From contig JAEOSO010000001.1 of assembly GCA_016840315.1 (NCBI GenBank), positions 1 through 44,897 of the forward strand: a stretch of DNA of 44,897 nucleotides, in the 5' to 3' direction. The stretch is from Candidatus Borrarchaeota archaeon (GTDB lineage: Archaea; Asgardarchaeota; Sifarchaeia; Borrarchaeales; Borrarchaeaceae). Positions 10,784 to 19,873 of this stretch are shown piece by piece; position 1 is the first letter of the stretch, and each line of letters opens with the position of its first letter. The translations under genes and the position numbers were made by a program. Under the pieces are notes generated by a model that did not search any database, was not told the DNA's origin, and saw only the letters and a list, made by a program, of their open reading frames with translations.

Positions 10784-10900
10784 AGTATTATAATATATAA
10801 TTCGACAAAACATAATGATAATATTAAAAGACAATTAGAATACTGCATTATAATCTGCTAATCGACAAAAGTTGATAATAATGTCGAAAGACAAGAAAAA
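10784..10900 (+). repeat. Imperfect tandem direct repeat of about 60 bp spanning the promoter and start of the wHTH gene
   Basis: ATTATAAT..AA(T)TCGACAAAA..TGATAATA..AAGACAA occurs twice, at about 10784-10843 and about 10844-10900. The second copy contains the ATG at 10881. Confidence 0.6.
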
Positions 10901-11477
10901 GAAGAAATTTATTCAAAAAACGGAAAAAGAAGGTAGTTCCTCCTCATTCATTGGATTAAAGGTTGAATCCTTCACTAAGGAAGATCTTGATACTCTAAAT
11001 GATCTATTTAGTATACTTGCCAGCGATAAGAGACTTTCAATATTAGACACGACCATTTCCGATAGTGCCACCAGATTAAAGGACATAGCAAAAGAATTTG
11101 GGTTGAAAAGCAGCGCACAAGTTGCATTACATGCTAAAAAATTGTTAGACGCAGGTTTATTGATAAAGAAGGGTGAATCTCTTAGAGATTCACGTGAATA
11201 CCTCCCAACAATTCCCGAAGAGACTTATATTTTTCTTCGCCTGGCCTTAATATATACAAAAATCTTACAATCACGGAAGGTGGAACTAGAACTCGAACAA
11301 TTAAAAGATGTTGCGGAAGCGGCGCATGAAAAACTCTTAACCAGTCCCATTCGCACTACTACTGCAAAGTTGTCCAGAATTCCCGCTCAATATGAAGAAT
11401 CAATAAAACTTGCTCAAGAGAACTCTCAAAAGTTATCAAAGAAATTTACAAAGATAATCAATGTAAAAAAAATCTAA
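10881..11477 (+). CDS. ArsR/TrmB-like winged-helix protein with a C-terminal coiled coil
   Basis: LASDKRLSILDTTISDSATRLKDIAKEFGLKSSAQVALHAKKLLDAGLLIKK matches the wHTH pattern. Lys-rich N-terminus. ATG at 10881 preferred over TTG at 10872. Confidence 0.55.
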   Translation: MSKDKKKKKFIQKTEKEGSSSSFIGLKVESFTKEDLDTLNDLFSILASDKRLSILDTTISDSATRLKDIAKEFGLKSSAQVALHAKKLLDAGLLIKKGESLRDSREYLPTIPEETYIFLRLALIYTKILQSRKVELELEQLKDVAEAAHEKLLTSPIRTTTAKLSRIPAQYEESIKLAQENSQKLSKKFTKIINVKKI

Positions 11478-11606
11478 TTGTTTATAGAATGCATCATTTC
11501 GTATTTATTGGGGATGAAATTTTGGGAGGAGGAAGATGGATCGCCATATGCTTTTTAAAATTCCCATTTAAAGAACACTTGCATTGTGCTATCCCTTTAG
11601 CAAGGA

Positions 11607-12530
11607 TTAAAGTCTGTGTGTCAGTCCAATGATTTCTTCCAAACGAGTATAACCTTTTCTTTTTAGATAACTTAGAATTCCCTCGGTTAAATTATTAAAC
11701 ATATCTAGGTAAGAGGTCCAAAGAAGTCCGGTCCCCACTTGAATTGCAGTAGCTCCAGCAAGAAAGAATTCAATAGCATCTTCCCAAGAAACGATACCGC
11801 CAACGCCGATAAGAGGTATCTCCACTTCTTTATAGAGATCATAAATATGTTTTATTGCGATGGGCTTTATTGCAGGCCCAGAAAGTCCTCCAAACTTATT
11901 TGACAAAAGGGGCAGGCCTGTTTCAATTTCTATACACATTGCCCGCACTGTGTTTATAGCCGTAATAGCATCTGCCCCATTATTTTCCGCACTTTTTGCA
12001 ATGGGAATCAGATCAGATACGTTTGGTGTGAGTTTTACAAAAACAGGAATATGAACGGCTTTTTTTACGGCGTTTACAATTTCACCAGTTAATTGAGGAT
12101 CTTGTCCGATAGCGGCACCATATTTTCCTCCATGGGGGCACGAAAGGTTTAGTTCAAGGGCATCTGCGCCGCATTTTTCCATTTCTTTTGCAATAACGCA
12201 AAATTCTTCTATTTCTGCACCAAATATACTAACAATTATTGGAGCATTTCCTTGTTTCGCCTCGGGTATTTCTTTGGAAAACTCTAAATACCCTGGATTT
12301 GAAAGACCAACTGCATTCAAACAACTAAATTCATTTAGAGCTATAACTGTTGGATTATCATAACCTTCTCTGGGTTCAGGACCGATGGACTTTGTAACAA
12401 CCGCACCAGAACCAGCTTCCGCAACTCGTTTAAGTACCGGTCCAGAAATACCTAGAATTCCAGCAGCTAACATGACGGGATTCTTAAGCTGTAATGTTGC
12501 GAGGTTAATCGATAGAGTTGGCATACTCAT
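11607..12530 (-). CDS. pyrD: Dihydroorotate dehydrogenase 1B catalytic subunit
   Basis: Class-1 DHODH motifs LKNPVMLAAGILG, GLSNPG, ELNLSCPH, GGLSGPAIKPIA. Confidence 0.9.
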   Translation of the reverse strand: MSMPTLSINLATLQLKNPVMLAAGILGISGPVLKRVAEAGSGAVVTKSIGPEPREGYDNPTVIALNEFSCLNAVGLSNPGYLEFSKEIPEAKQGNAPIIVSIFGAEIEEFCVIAKEMEKCGADALELNLSCPHGGKYGAAIGQDPQLTGEIVNAVKKAVHIPVFVKLTPNVSDLIPIAKSAENNGADAITAINTVRAMCIEIETGLPLLSNKFGGLSGPAIKPIAIKHIYDLYKEVEIPLIGVGGIVSWEDAIEFFLAGATAIQVGTGLLWTSYLDMFNNLTEGILSYLKRKGYTRLEEIIGLTHRL

Positions 12531-12649
12531 AAATCATAAACAACCTATCATTAAATCTAGTTGTTACCAAACAAATGAATGGTTTCAATACTAATTTAAT
12601 ATCTTCTCTAGATTTGATTAATGAGATGCATTTATAGGATGAACGGATT

Positions 12650-13906
12650 ATGAAACGTGCATATATTGTGGAGAACGTCGCAGGAATCTATGGAGTTGAC
12701 GAGAATAGCGAAATTATTTATCGCGTGCTCTTTCCAAGTACACCCGAGAAAATTGTAGAAAAAATTGAACTCATTCAATCAGGACAACTTGTAGACGAAT
12801 TGAAAGATGTTCTAAGCGCACTAAAGCAAAAAGAAATTCAAGAAATCGTTGTTGAAGGCGAGAAATTAGCAAAAAGCATACAGGAACAATTCGATATTCA
12901 AATTACGATCGAGAAAGGAAATACTGTCGCTAAAGATTTTCGTGAACGATTTTTCCCGATTGCGAAAGAAGAAGGAATTAGCAACTTTCAATTTATATTA
13001 CAATCAGTAGGCTTATTGCAAGCACAAAAGAAGATAAAACGGGCCTCTGAACGAAGAGATAAAATGGTCGCACAAGCGATTAAAGCAATAGATGACATTG
13101 ACCAAACGTTGAATTTATTCTCAACTCGAATCCGAGAATGGTATGGTCTCCATTTTCCAGAATTGGACAAACTCGAAAATCATGAGGCTTATGTAGGTCT
13201 GGTAGGATCATTAGGTCCACGCCACCATTTTTTAGTTTCGGAAATTCAAAAAATAACGGACATGTCTTCAGATAAGGCGAAGGAAATAGAAAGCAATGTT
13301 AAAAGATCAATAGGCGCAGAAATGACTGAAGATGACCTAAAATCACTTATAGGATTTGCAAATATAACACATGACTTATATAAAGTCAGAAAAGAGAGTG
13401 AACATTACATAGAAGAAACCATGAAAGAGGTTGCGCCAAATGTGACGGCTGTTGTTGGTGCGCTACTCGGAGCGCGAGTTATCAGCATTGCAGGAGGCCT
13501 TCTAGAACTAGCACGCCTTCCTTCGAGCACAGTACAAGTTCTCGGTGCAGAAAAAGCATTATTTAGAGCTATAAAAACGGGGAGTAAACCTCCAAAGCAT
13601 GGTGTGCTATTTCAGAAACCAGAAATACATAATGCAAAATGGTGGCTACGCGGAAAAATTGCGAGGTGCGTCGCGGGCAAACTAACAATCGCCGCAAGAG
13701 TTGACGCCTACGCAGGTGAGTTTATTGGAGACGAGTTAGCATTAAGCGTAGTCAGAAGGATTGAAGAAATAGAGAAAAAATATCCCTCGCCGCCTGCTAA
13801 AAAAGAAGTAACAAGAAAAAAGAAAAAGAAGAAAAAGAAAAAGAAAAAGAAAAAGAAAGGCAAAGAAAAAGGAGTGCCTGAAAGAAAAAAACCGTCTGAG
13901 GGGTAG
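12650..13906 (+). CDS. nop5: C/D box sRNP core protein Nop5 (Nop56/58) with a long Lys-rich tail
   Basis: NOSIC/Nop domain motifs (IREWYGLHFPEL, GAEKALFRA). Ends in a KKKKKKKKKKKKKKGKEKG tail. Followed directly by fibrillarin. Confidence 0.9.
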   Translation: MKRAYIVENVAGIYGVDENSEIIYRVLFPSTPEKIVEKIELIQSGQLVDELKDVLSALKQKEIQEIVVEGEKLAKSIQEQFDIQITIEKGNTVAKDFRERFFPIAKEEGISNFQFILQSVGLLQAQKKIKRASERRDKMVAQAIKAIDDIDQTLNLFSTRIREWYGLHFPELDKLENHEAYVGLVGSLGPRHHFLVSEIQKITDMSSDKAKEIESNVKRSIGAEMTEDDLKSLIGFANITHDLYKVRKESEHYIEETMKEVAPNVTAVVGALLGARVISIAGGLLELARLPSSTVQVLGAEKALFRAIKTGSKPPKHGVLFQKPEIHNAKWWLRGKIARCVAGKLTIAARVDAYAGEFIGDELALSVVRRIEEIEKKYPSPPAKKEVTRKKKKKKKKKKKKKKGKEKGVPERKKPSEG

Positions 13907-13908
13907 AT

Positions 13909-14565
13909 ATGAACGAAAATATTCATTTTATAGAAAAAAGGGTCACCACAAAGAATCTAGCGCCGGGGAAAACAGTCTATGGGGAGCGTTTACTTCAATA
14001 CGAAGGAGAAGAATACCGAGAATGGGATCCTTATCGTAGTAAATTCGCTGCAGCCATTCGAAAAGGGCTAAAACAAACTCCTATCGAGCCAAAAATGCGT
14101 GTACTTTACTTGGGAGCTGCGTCAGGCACAACATCAAGCCATGTTTCAGATATTGTAGGAGAAGAGGGTATTGTGTACTGTGTAGAATTTTCCCCTCGTG
14201 TAATGAGAGATTTATTACGCGTATGTGAAAGCAGACCCAATATGATACCGATTTTAGCGGATGCACGTTTTCCAGAGAAATACAGGATGTTTATTGGGCC
14301 TGTAGATGTGATATATCAAGATATTGCCCAACCTGCGCAAGCGATCATTTTAGTGGATAATGCCAAGTTATTTCTTAAAAGCGGAGGCTATGCGGTGCTA
14401 GCTATTAAAGCCAGGAGTATTGATTCAACCAAAGAGATCTCTTTAATATTCTCAGAAGAGATTAATATTCTTAAAAAAAGCGGTTTCGAAGTGAAAGAGA
14501 ACATTGAAAGCTTGAAACCTTTTGATAAAGATCACTGTATGGTAATTGGTCAATTTATTGCCTAA
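13909..14565 (+). CDS. flpA: Fibrillarin-like rRNA/tRNA 2'-O-methyltransferase
   Basis: VYGERL..YREWDPYRSKFAAAI and SAM-binding VLYLGAASGTTSSHVSD. Confidence 0.9.
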   Translation: MNENIHFIEKRVTTKNLAPGKTVYGERLLQYEGEEYREWDPYRSKFAAAIRKGLKQTPIEPKMRVLYLGAASGTTSSHVSDIVGEEGIVYCVEFSPRVMRDLLRVCESRPNMIPILADARFPEKYRMFIGPVDVIYQDIAQPAQAIILVDNAKLFLKSGGYAVLAIKARSIDSTKEISLIFSEEINILKKSGFEVKENIESLKPFDKDHCMVIGQFIA

Positions 14566-14650
14566 ATTAGTTTTCTTTTATTTTTGTGATTTATATTTTC
14601 ATGGAAAAGGAAAAGCCATAAATAAGACTTAGAAGGGGGGAGGAAAGTTG

Positions 14651-15368
14651 ATGAAGATCGCGATTGTAGGCATAGGAGGCGTGGGAGGATACTATGGAGG
14701 AAAACTGGCCAAAAGATATGCTACCACAGGTGAGCATGAAGTTTTATTCTTAGCCCGGGGTGAACATCTAACCGAAATCAAGAGAAATGGACTGTCGGTA
14801 ATAACCCACGAGGGCGATGTTACAGCGATACCCACGGTAGCGACAGATAATCCAAAAGACTTAGGATTATTAGATCTTGTTTTCTTCTGTGTAAAGACTT
14901 ACGATCTTGAAAATACAGCACGGCAGTTAATAGACAATATGCATGAGAACACTGTTGTGGTCACTCTACTAAATGGAGTCGATAATACAGATAGATTAAA
15001 ATCTATACTGTCAAAGGGCACCGTACTTAATGGAGGTGCGTACATTAACTCTTTTATTCAGACACCTGGTGTCATAAAACAAGTTGGTGGTTTCCGTCAA
15101 TTGATATTTGGTCCCGAAAACGGCACGCCAGAAAAATATCGGTATATCGAGGACCTTTTAAGGAATGCCGTCATAAAGGCTGAGCTGACTGCTGACATCT
15201 CAGTTCAGGTTTGGACAAAGTACATTTTTGTCGGTCCGCTGGGAACCATAACTTCACTATTGCAAAAGCCTGCTGGTGCAATAATTGAAGATGATAAAAG
15301 CAAGCAAATGTTGAAAGGACTTATGGAAGAACTTAAGTTAATAGCTAAAAAAAGAGGAATAATTTTAC
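14651..15368 (+). pseudogene. panE: 2-dehydropantoate 2-reductase, 5' portion, interrupted by a TnpB element
   Basis: Rossmann N-terminus MKIAIVGIGGVGGYYGGKLA. PanE-like sequence stops being PanE-like after ..AKKRGIIL, where GC-rich IS sequence begins. Confidence 0.75.
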
Positions 15369-15489
15369 TGCAAATGTGCAAAGAAAGCCCAGTCCTTCAG
15401 GGCGGGGATGAATTTGCACAAACTTTATATAGGATTCTGCCCTTAAATACTTAGTGATATGTTCCGAGAGTCGCATCGGAGTTATTTTT

Positions 15490-16770
15490 ATGCAGGTGAA
15501 GAAAGGAATCAGGTTGCAGATATATCCGAATAAAGAGCAGAGCATACTGCTCAATAAAACGCTCGGTTGCTGTCGATTCCTTTATAACAAGATGCTGGAA
15601 GAACATGTCAAGATTTATGCTCAATTAAAAGACGATAAGGACGCGCTCTACAGTCATCAATACAAGACTGCGAAGCAATACAAGCAGGAGTTCCCGTTTC
15701 TTAAAGAAGTGGACGCTAAGGCTCTGCAAACTGAGAACCGACACCTGTTTGCCGCCTACCAGCACTTTTTTGAGGGGCTTAAAACGGGCAGGGCGGTGGG
15801 CTTTCCCAAGTTTAAGTCAAAGAAACAATACCCGCAGACCTATACCACGTATAACATCAACAACAGCATACGGATCGACAACCAAAAACGGAAGATACGC
15901 ATTCCGAAGGTCGGTTGGATCAAGTACAGGGATAACCGCGCGATTACCGACCCGATCAAGCACATCACCCTCAGCAAGACGGCAACTCACAAATACTTCG
16001 TGGCGGTAACGGTGGTGTGTGAGATGGAAATACCGCCCAAGAAGACGGTCTTAAACCGCGAGGATATTGCGGGGTTCGACATGTCGGCGACACACTTTCT
16101 GATCGGCGAAAGAGTGCAGTACGAGAACCCGCGATTTTATAGGGAAGAAGAGAAACGCCTCAAGAAACAACACAGAGAATTATCGCGGAAAGAAAAGGGA
16201 TCAAATAATTGGGAAGCGGCACGGCTCAAACTGGCGAGTACCTATGAAAAAATTAACAACCGAAAGCGCGATTGGTTACACAAGACCACCCATGACTTGA
16301 GCGAGAGATACGATGCCGTTATCTTAGAAAACCTCAATATCAAGGGGATGCAGCAGTTCAACTCGGGTCTTAGTAAGTCCATCGCGCTGGACTTCTCTTG
16401 GTGTCAGTTTCGGACGTATTTGGACTACAAAGTGGACTGGAAGGGCAAGTATTTCGTCCTGATTGACCGTTTTTTCCCCTCCAGCAAACTGTGTTCGGTC
16501 TGCGGTCAGATAAACAATGACCTCACACTGAGCGATAAAGCCTGGACTTGTAAACATTGCAGCACTACACACCATCGAGATAAAAATGCCGTCGTCAATA
16601 TCAAAAGCGAAGGTGTCAGAATCCTACAAGAAGAAATCGGAATCGTGGTCTACCCACACCATGATACGTCTACCGTAGGGACTACGGGAAGTCACGCCTC
16701 TGGAGAGAATGTAAGACCCTATACCGATACCGGGCAGTTCTCGTTGAATGAGGAATCCACTTGCCTTTAG
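15490..16770 (+). CDS. tnpB: TnpB RNA-guided endonuclease (IS605 OrfB type), apparently intact
   Basis: N-terminal KGIRLQIYPNKEQ..LGCCRFLYN. RuvC motifs GFDMS, ILENLNIKGM and HRDKNAVVNI. Zinc finger CSVCG..CKHC. Confidence 0.85.
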   Translation: MQVKKGIRLQIYPNKEQSILLNKTLGCCRFLYNKMLEEHVKIYAQLKDDKDALYSHQYKTAKQYKQEFPFLKEVDAKALQTENRHLFAAYQHFFEGLKTGRAVGFPKFKSKKQYPQTYTTYNINNSIRIDNQKRKIRIPKVGWIKYRDNRAITDPIKHITLSKTATHKYFVAVTVVCEMEIPPKKTVLNREDIAGFDMSATHFLIGERVQYENPRFYREEEKRLKKQHRELSRKEKGSNNWEAARLKLASTYEKINNRKRDWLHKTTHDLSERYDAVILENLNIKGMQQFNSGLSKSIALDFSWCQFRTYLDYKVDWKGKYFVLIDRFFPSSKLCSVCGQINNDLTLSDKAWTCKHCSTTHHRDKNAVVNIKSEGVRILQEEIGIVVYPHHDTSTVGTTGSHASGENVRPYTDTGQFSLNEESTCL

Positions 16771-16785
16771 GCTGTGGTAGTTCAA
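16640..16785 (+). ncRNA. Predicted omega (right-end) RNA scaffold of the TnpB element; 5' limit approximate
   Basis: Overlaps the tnpB 3' end as in characterised TnpB systems. Terminal nested hairpin CCAC-ttGCCTttAGGCt-GTGG is followed by GTAGTTCAA. The guide would start at 16786. Confidence 0.45.
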
Positions 16786-16991
16786 CTGAGGATATCATTT
16801 CTTCGTCATTAGAGACGCTATCCCGCTTTCCTTATGATGCAACAACTTCAATGCAGAGGGATTTCGAAAGTGGAAGAAAAACAGAACTTGAGACCTTTAC
16901 CGGTTACATTGTAAAAAGTGGCAAGGAATTAGGAGTGGAAACACCATTATATCAGGAAGTCTACAATGAACTTCTCAAGAGACTTCCTTAA
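16786..16991 (+). pseudogene. panE: 2-dehydropantoate 2-reductase, 3' portion
   Basis: (P)EDIISSSLETLSRFPYDATTSMQRDFESGRKTELETFTGYIVKSGKELGVETP is a typical PanE C-terminal domain. Confidence 0.7.
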
Positions 16992-17046
16992 TGCATGGAC
17001 AAGAATGCATTTTAAAAAATATAAGTGTAAATATTGCGAAATGCAT

Positions 17047-17199
17047 CTAGTCTGCTTTTATAAATAGTTGCACTTCTCGTATGTCTTCCGGTATATCTCT
17101 TAACTCTTTAGTAAGACCAAATACAACACTACGAAAGACTGCTTTAACAAATGGATGAAGTTCTATTACGTCATCGTTTACTTGTAATTTAACTTCCAT
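17047..17199 (-). CDS. Small hypothetical protein (50 aa), below the ORF-track cutoff
   Basis: GGAGG about 7 nt upstream of ATG 17199. Reads MEVKLQVNDDVIELHPFVKAVFRSVVFGLTKELRDIPEDIREVQLFIKAD. No recognised family. Confidence 0.3.
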   Translation of the reverse strand: MEVKLQVNDDVIELHPFVKAVFRSVVFGLTKELRDIPEDIREVQLFIKAD

Positions 17200-17327
17200 A
17201 AAAAAACCTCCTTTCTTAGAATGTAAGAAAATGGAAACTTGTGGAGTATTTCCTCAACGACTTTGGTAAGCAGTAAGCATAAATTTATAAATCTCACGCA
17301 CAGATTGAGTAGTGAGGTGAAAAGGAA

Positions 17328-17489
17328 ATGCCAGGTTCTCATGGTTCATTGACAAAGGCTGGTAAGGTTCGCTCCCAGACACCAAAGGTTAAGGGTAAAG
17401 AGAGACATTCACCAATACCTAGAATGAGAAATAAGAAAAATTATCTTAAACGTTATGTAAAAGGGCGCGAAGTTGGTCAGGCACGTTAA
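17328..17489 (+). CDS. rps30e: Ribosomal protein eS30
   Basis: 53 aa, [43 protein letters not shown]. Contains the GSLxxAGKVRxQTPKV signature of eS30. Missed by the ORF track because it is short. Confidence 0.8.
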   Translation: MPGSHGSLTKAGKVRSQTPKVKGKERHSPIPRMRNKKNYLKRYVKGREVGQAR

Positions 17490-17589
17490 TTTTTAATAAA
17501 AACAACTATTCTTTCTTTAAATTTGTTTAATTAACATCTTATTTATTTTAATACGAGTATTAATTTTCTATGTAAGGCAGTGACAAAAG

Positions 17590-18051
17590 GTGAAATCAAC
17601 TCCCAGGAAGTCCATAGATATTTTATACAAACTAGACATCGCAAGAATAAACAATCATCTACCACGACAATTTAAGACTCTTGCTACACTTTTAAAAGAA
17701 GATAGACCCTCTGTTTTGACAAAAGATGGGACGAAATTTATCTTTGACAGGGAGGAACTGCATACGGTCGCGTCGGTTCTTCCAGAAGAATTCTATACTC
17801 AATTAAAATTGCCATTTCTTTTTGTTCGTCGAACAGATCTTGGAAAGTCAATATTTCATCTTAACGGAGGAAAACTCGAAAATTTTATAGCTCGAAAACT
17901 CATTAACTTAATTGAAGGTCCCATCAATCAGTATAAAATATTTAATGCAGATCTTCCACATTATTTCTATTGGGCGGATATACGTGCGTTTCGGAAAAAA
18001 TTTAAAACACTTTTTACGATCGGATTTAGCGCCAGCGCTAGAACCTTCTAA
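17590..18051 (+). CDS. UPF0216/DUF61-family archaeal protein
   Basis: INNHLPRQFKTLATLLKEDRPSVLTKDGTKFIFDREELHTVASVLP..LKLPFLF resembles the conserved core of the family as I recall it. GTG start. Confidence 0.5.
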   Translation: MKSTPRKSIDILYKLDIARINNHLPRQFKTLATLLKEDRPSVLTKDGTKFIFDREELHTVASVLPEEFYTQLKLPFLFVRRTDLGKSIFHLNGGKLENFIARKLINLIEGPINQYKIFNADLPHYFYWADIRAFRKKFKTLFTIGFSASARTF

Positions 18052-18136
18052 CTCCAAGTGTATTACAGGTAAAGGTTCTCACTTTCACCTCAATACGCAT
18101 CTAAGTACTCTTCCTCAAGATGGTTCAGTGAAAATC

Positions 18137-18811
18137 ATGGGAATTGATGAGGCAGGTAGAGGGGCGGTTCTAGGGAATTTAGTTATTGCTGGATTATCTT
18201 TTAAAAAGGAAGACGAAGCTCAACTCATCAAGATAGGTGTTAAAGACTCAAAAAAGCTGACTGCTAAGAAAAGAGAAGCTTTGTTTCCTGAAATCATGAA
18301 TTTATGCAAAGAATGCAAGATTATAGAGGTCGAACCTCAGGAGATTGATGATTCAGTGTTCGATATTAAATCGAACTTAAATCTCCTTGAAATAAATAAA
18401 ATATGCGAAATAATTAATGCAATTCAACCGTCTATTGTGTATATTGATGCACTAACTTCAGATGCAAAAAAATTTGCAGATACACTGAAACAATACTTAG
18501 TTCAAAGGCATATTACACTAATTGCAGAAAATAATGCAGATGAAATATATCCTATAGTTTCGGCGGCATCAATTGTTGCTAAAGTCACACGAGATAATTC
18601 ACTTAATAGTCTAAAACAAGAGTTTAATTTGCCGCATATAGGAAGCGGTTATCCTTCTGATCCTAAAACAATAGAAGCTCTGAAACAGTGGATAAAAAAT
18701 AGAAATATTCCTTTTTTTGTACGAAAAAGCTGGCATACATTTGTTAAGATGAGAGATTTGCAAAAAAATGCAAAAATTACACAGTTTTTCGATGTTCGAG
18801 GAGAACGCTAA
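18137..18811 (+). CDS. rnhB: Ribonuclease HII
   Basis: MGIDEAGRGAVLGNLVIAG catalytic N-terminus, DSKKLT, AASIVAKVTRD. The start is moved to ATG 18137; the longer ORF overlaps the previous gene. Confidence 0.85.
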   Translation: MGIDEAGRGAVLGNLVIAGLSFKKEDEAQLIKIGVKDSKKLTAKKREALFPEIMNLCKECKIIEVEPQEIDDSVFDIKSNLNLLEINKICEIINAIQPSIVYIDALTSDAKKFADTLKQYLVQRHITLIAENNADEIYPIVSAASIVAKVTRDNSLNSLKQEFNLPHIGSGYPSDPKTIEALKQWIKNRNIPFFVRKSWHTFVKMRDLQKNAKITQFFDVRGER

Positions 18812-19800
18812 CTAGAACTACCCTTACGCTTCTTAATCGTTCTTTTTAATTCATTTGGAGTCTCAAATTTGGACAATTCTTTGAGTCTCATAATTGGTAC
18901 GCCTTCGATATTTCTGGTTGATGATCCCTCCAGCACAAACATTGCAATTTTTCTCGTGATATCAGAGATACTTCCTGTTATTTGAACCCGCTTTTTGATG
19001 TTTTTTTCGGATTTATGTCCTACACCGGCAATAATTAACGTTGTAGCCTCATTTTCTGTTTCTTTTTCTTTTTCTTTTTCTTTTGTGACGGCGTCAAATG
19101 GCGTACATTCAGTCCAGAAAACTTCAAAACCCATTCCTATTAATTTTTCTTGGATAATTTGTTCAAAATCGTCAATCTTTGCTGGGCTATGTTGTTTTAT
19201 ATTGCCAAAATCGTACTCTAAAAGATCGATTGGTAAGCTTAAGTCGGTATTAAGAATTTTTTCTAGTCGCAGAAGGTTTTCTTTACTAGCATCCATTGTT
19301 CCCCGTTCATACTCGTAAATGCAGCGTTCTGAAACACCAACTTTTTCTGCAAGTTGAGCCCGTGATAAATTCACTTCTTCTCTTCTTTCTCTTAAGGTTT
19401 CTCCAAGAATTCTAGCGTAAAGGCCACCACGTTGCGCAAATACTTTTGGAAGGAATTCATGAAATAGAATAGACCTAAAGGTAGGAGGATTCACTGCAGG
19501 AACTGAATATCTTTTGTAAACCACACCATCTTCTAATGGTTCTCTGTGCGTTTTTTCTCCAACAAGCAAAGGTGTACCTGAAAATAAGTTACCCAGAAGT
19601 TTCAATTCATCTGCATGGTACTGCTGTAGACTGTCGATATTGATTAAAACTTTAATGAGCCATAATATTACATCCTTTCGAGCCAAAAAGTCGAAACATG
19701 TAGATTTAAGATCACACTGACTGATAGCGAACTCTTTTTGAATAAACAGTTTCTGCACGTAGTTTTGGAGTTCAGAGCGATTGCCGAACATTAAGTTCAC
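18808..19800 (-). CDS. Archaeal putative HTH-type (Cro/C1-XRE) transcriptional regulator, about 330 aa
   Basis: Central LRERREEVNLSRAQLAEKVGVSERCIYEYERG helix-turn-helix. Architecture resembles the conserved archaeal 'putative HTH-type transcriptional regulatory protein' family. Confidence 0.55.
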   Translation of the reverse strand: MNLMFGNRSELQNYVQKLFIQKEFAISQCDLKSTCFDFLARKDVILWLIKVLINIDSLQQYHADELKLLGNLFSGTPLLVGEKTHREPLEDGVVYKRYSVPAVNPPTFRSILFHEFLPKVFAQRGGLYARILGETLRERREEVNLSRAQLAEKVGVSERCIYEYERGTMDASKENLLRLEKILNTDLSLPIDLLEYDFGNIKQHSPAKIDDFEQIIQEKLIGMGFEVFWTECTPFDAVTKEKEKEKETENEATTLIIAGVGHKSEKNIKKRVQITGSISDITRKIAMFVLEGSSTRNIEGVPIMRLKELSKFETPNELKRTIKKRKGSSS

Positions 19801-19873
19801 CTTCGGGGCAAACAGTTGAATTTGTATAAAATCTGTAGAATCTTTTATAAATTTCTATCTTTAAGCAAATTGA

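Larger units (their letters stand above)
15369..16785 (+). mobile_element. IS200/IS605-family TnpB-only element (1417 bp), no tnpA
   Basis: Begins directly 3' of TTAC (15365-15368) and ends in ..GGTAGTTCAA. Markedly GC-richer than the flanks. Removing it restores the panE frame. Confidence 0.75.

Noticed and set aside
17912-18136. N-terminal 75-codon extension of the RNase HII ORF, and similar upstream extensions at 34434-34526, 34738-34956 and 6208-6273
   Set aside because: The extensions overlap the preceding genes or lack family similarity. Conserved N-termini begin at the internal ATGs, which were used instead.
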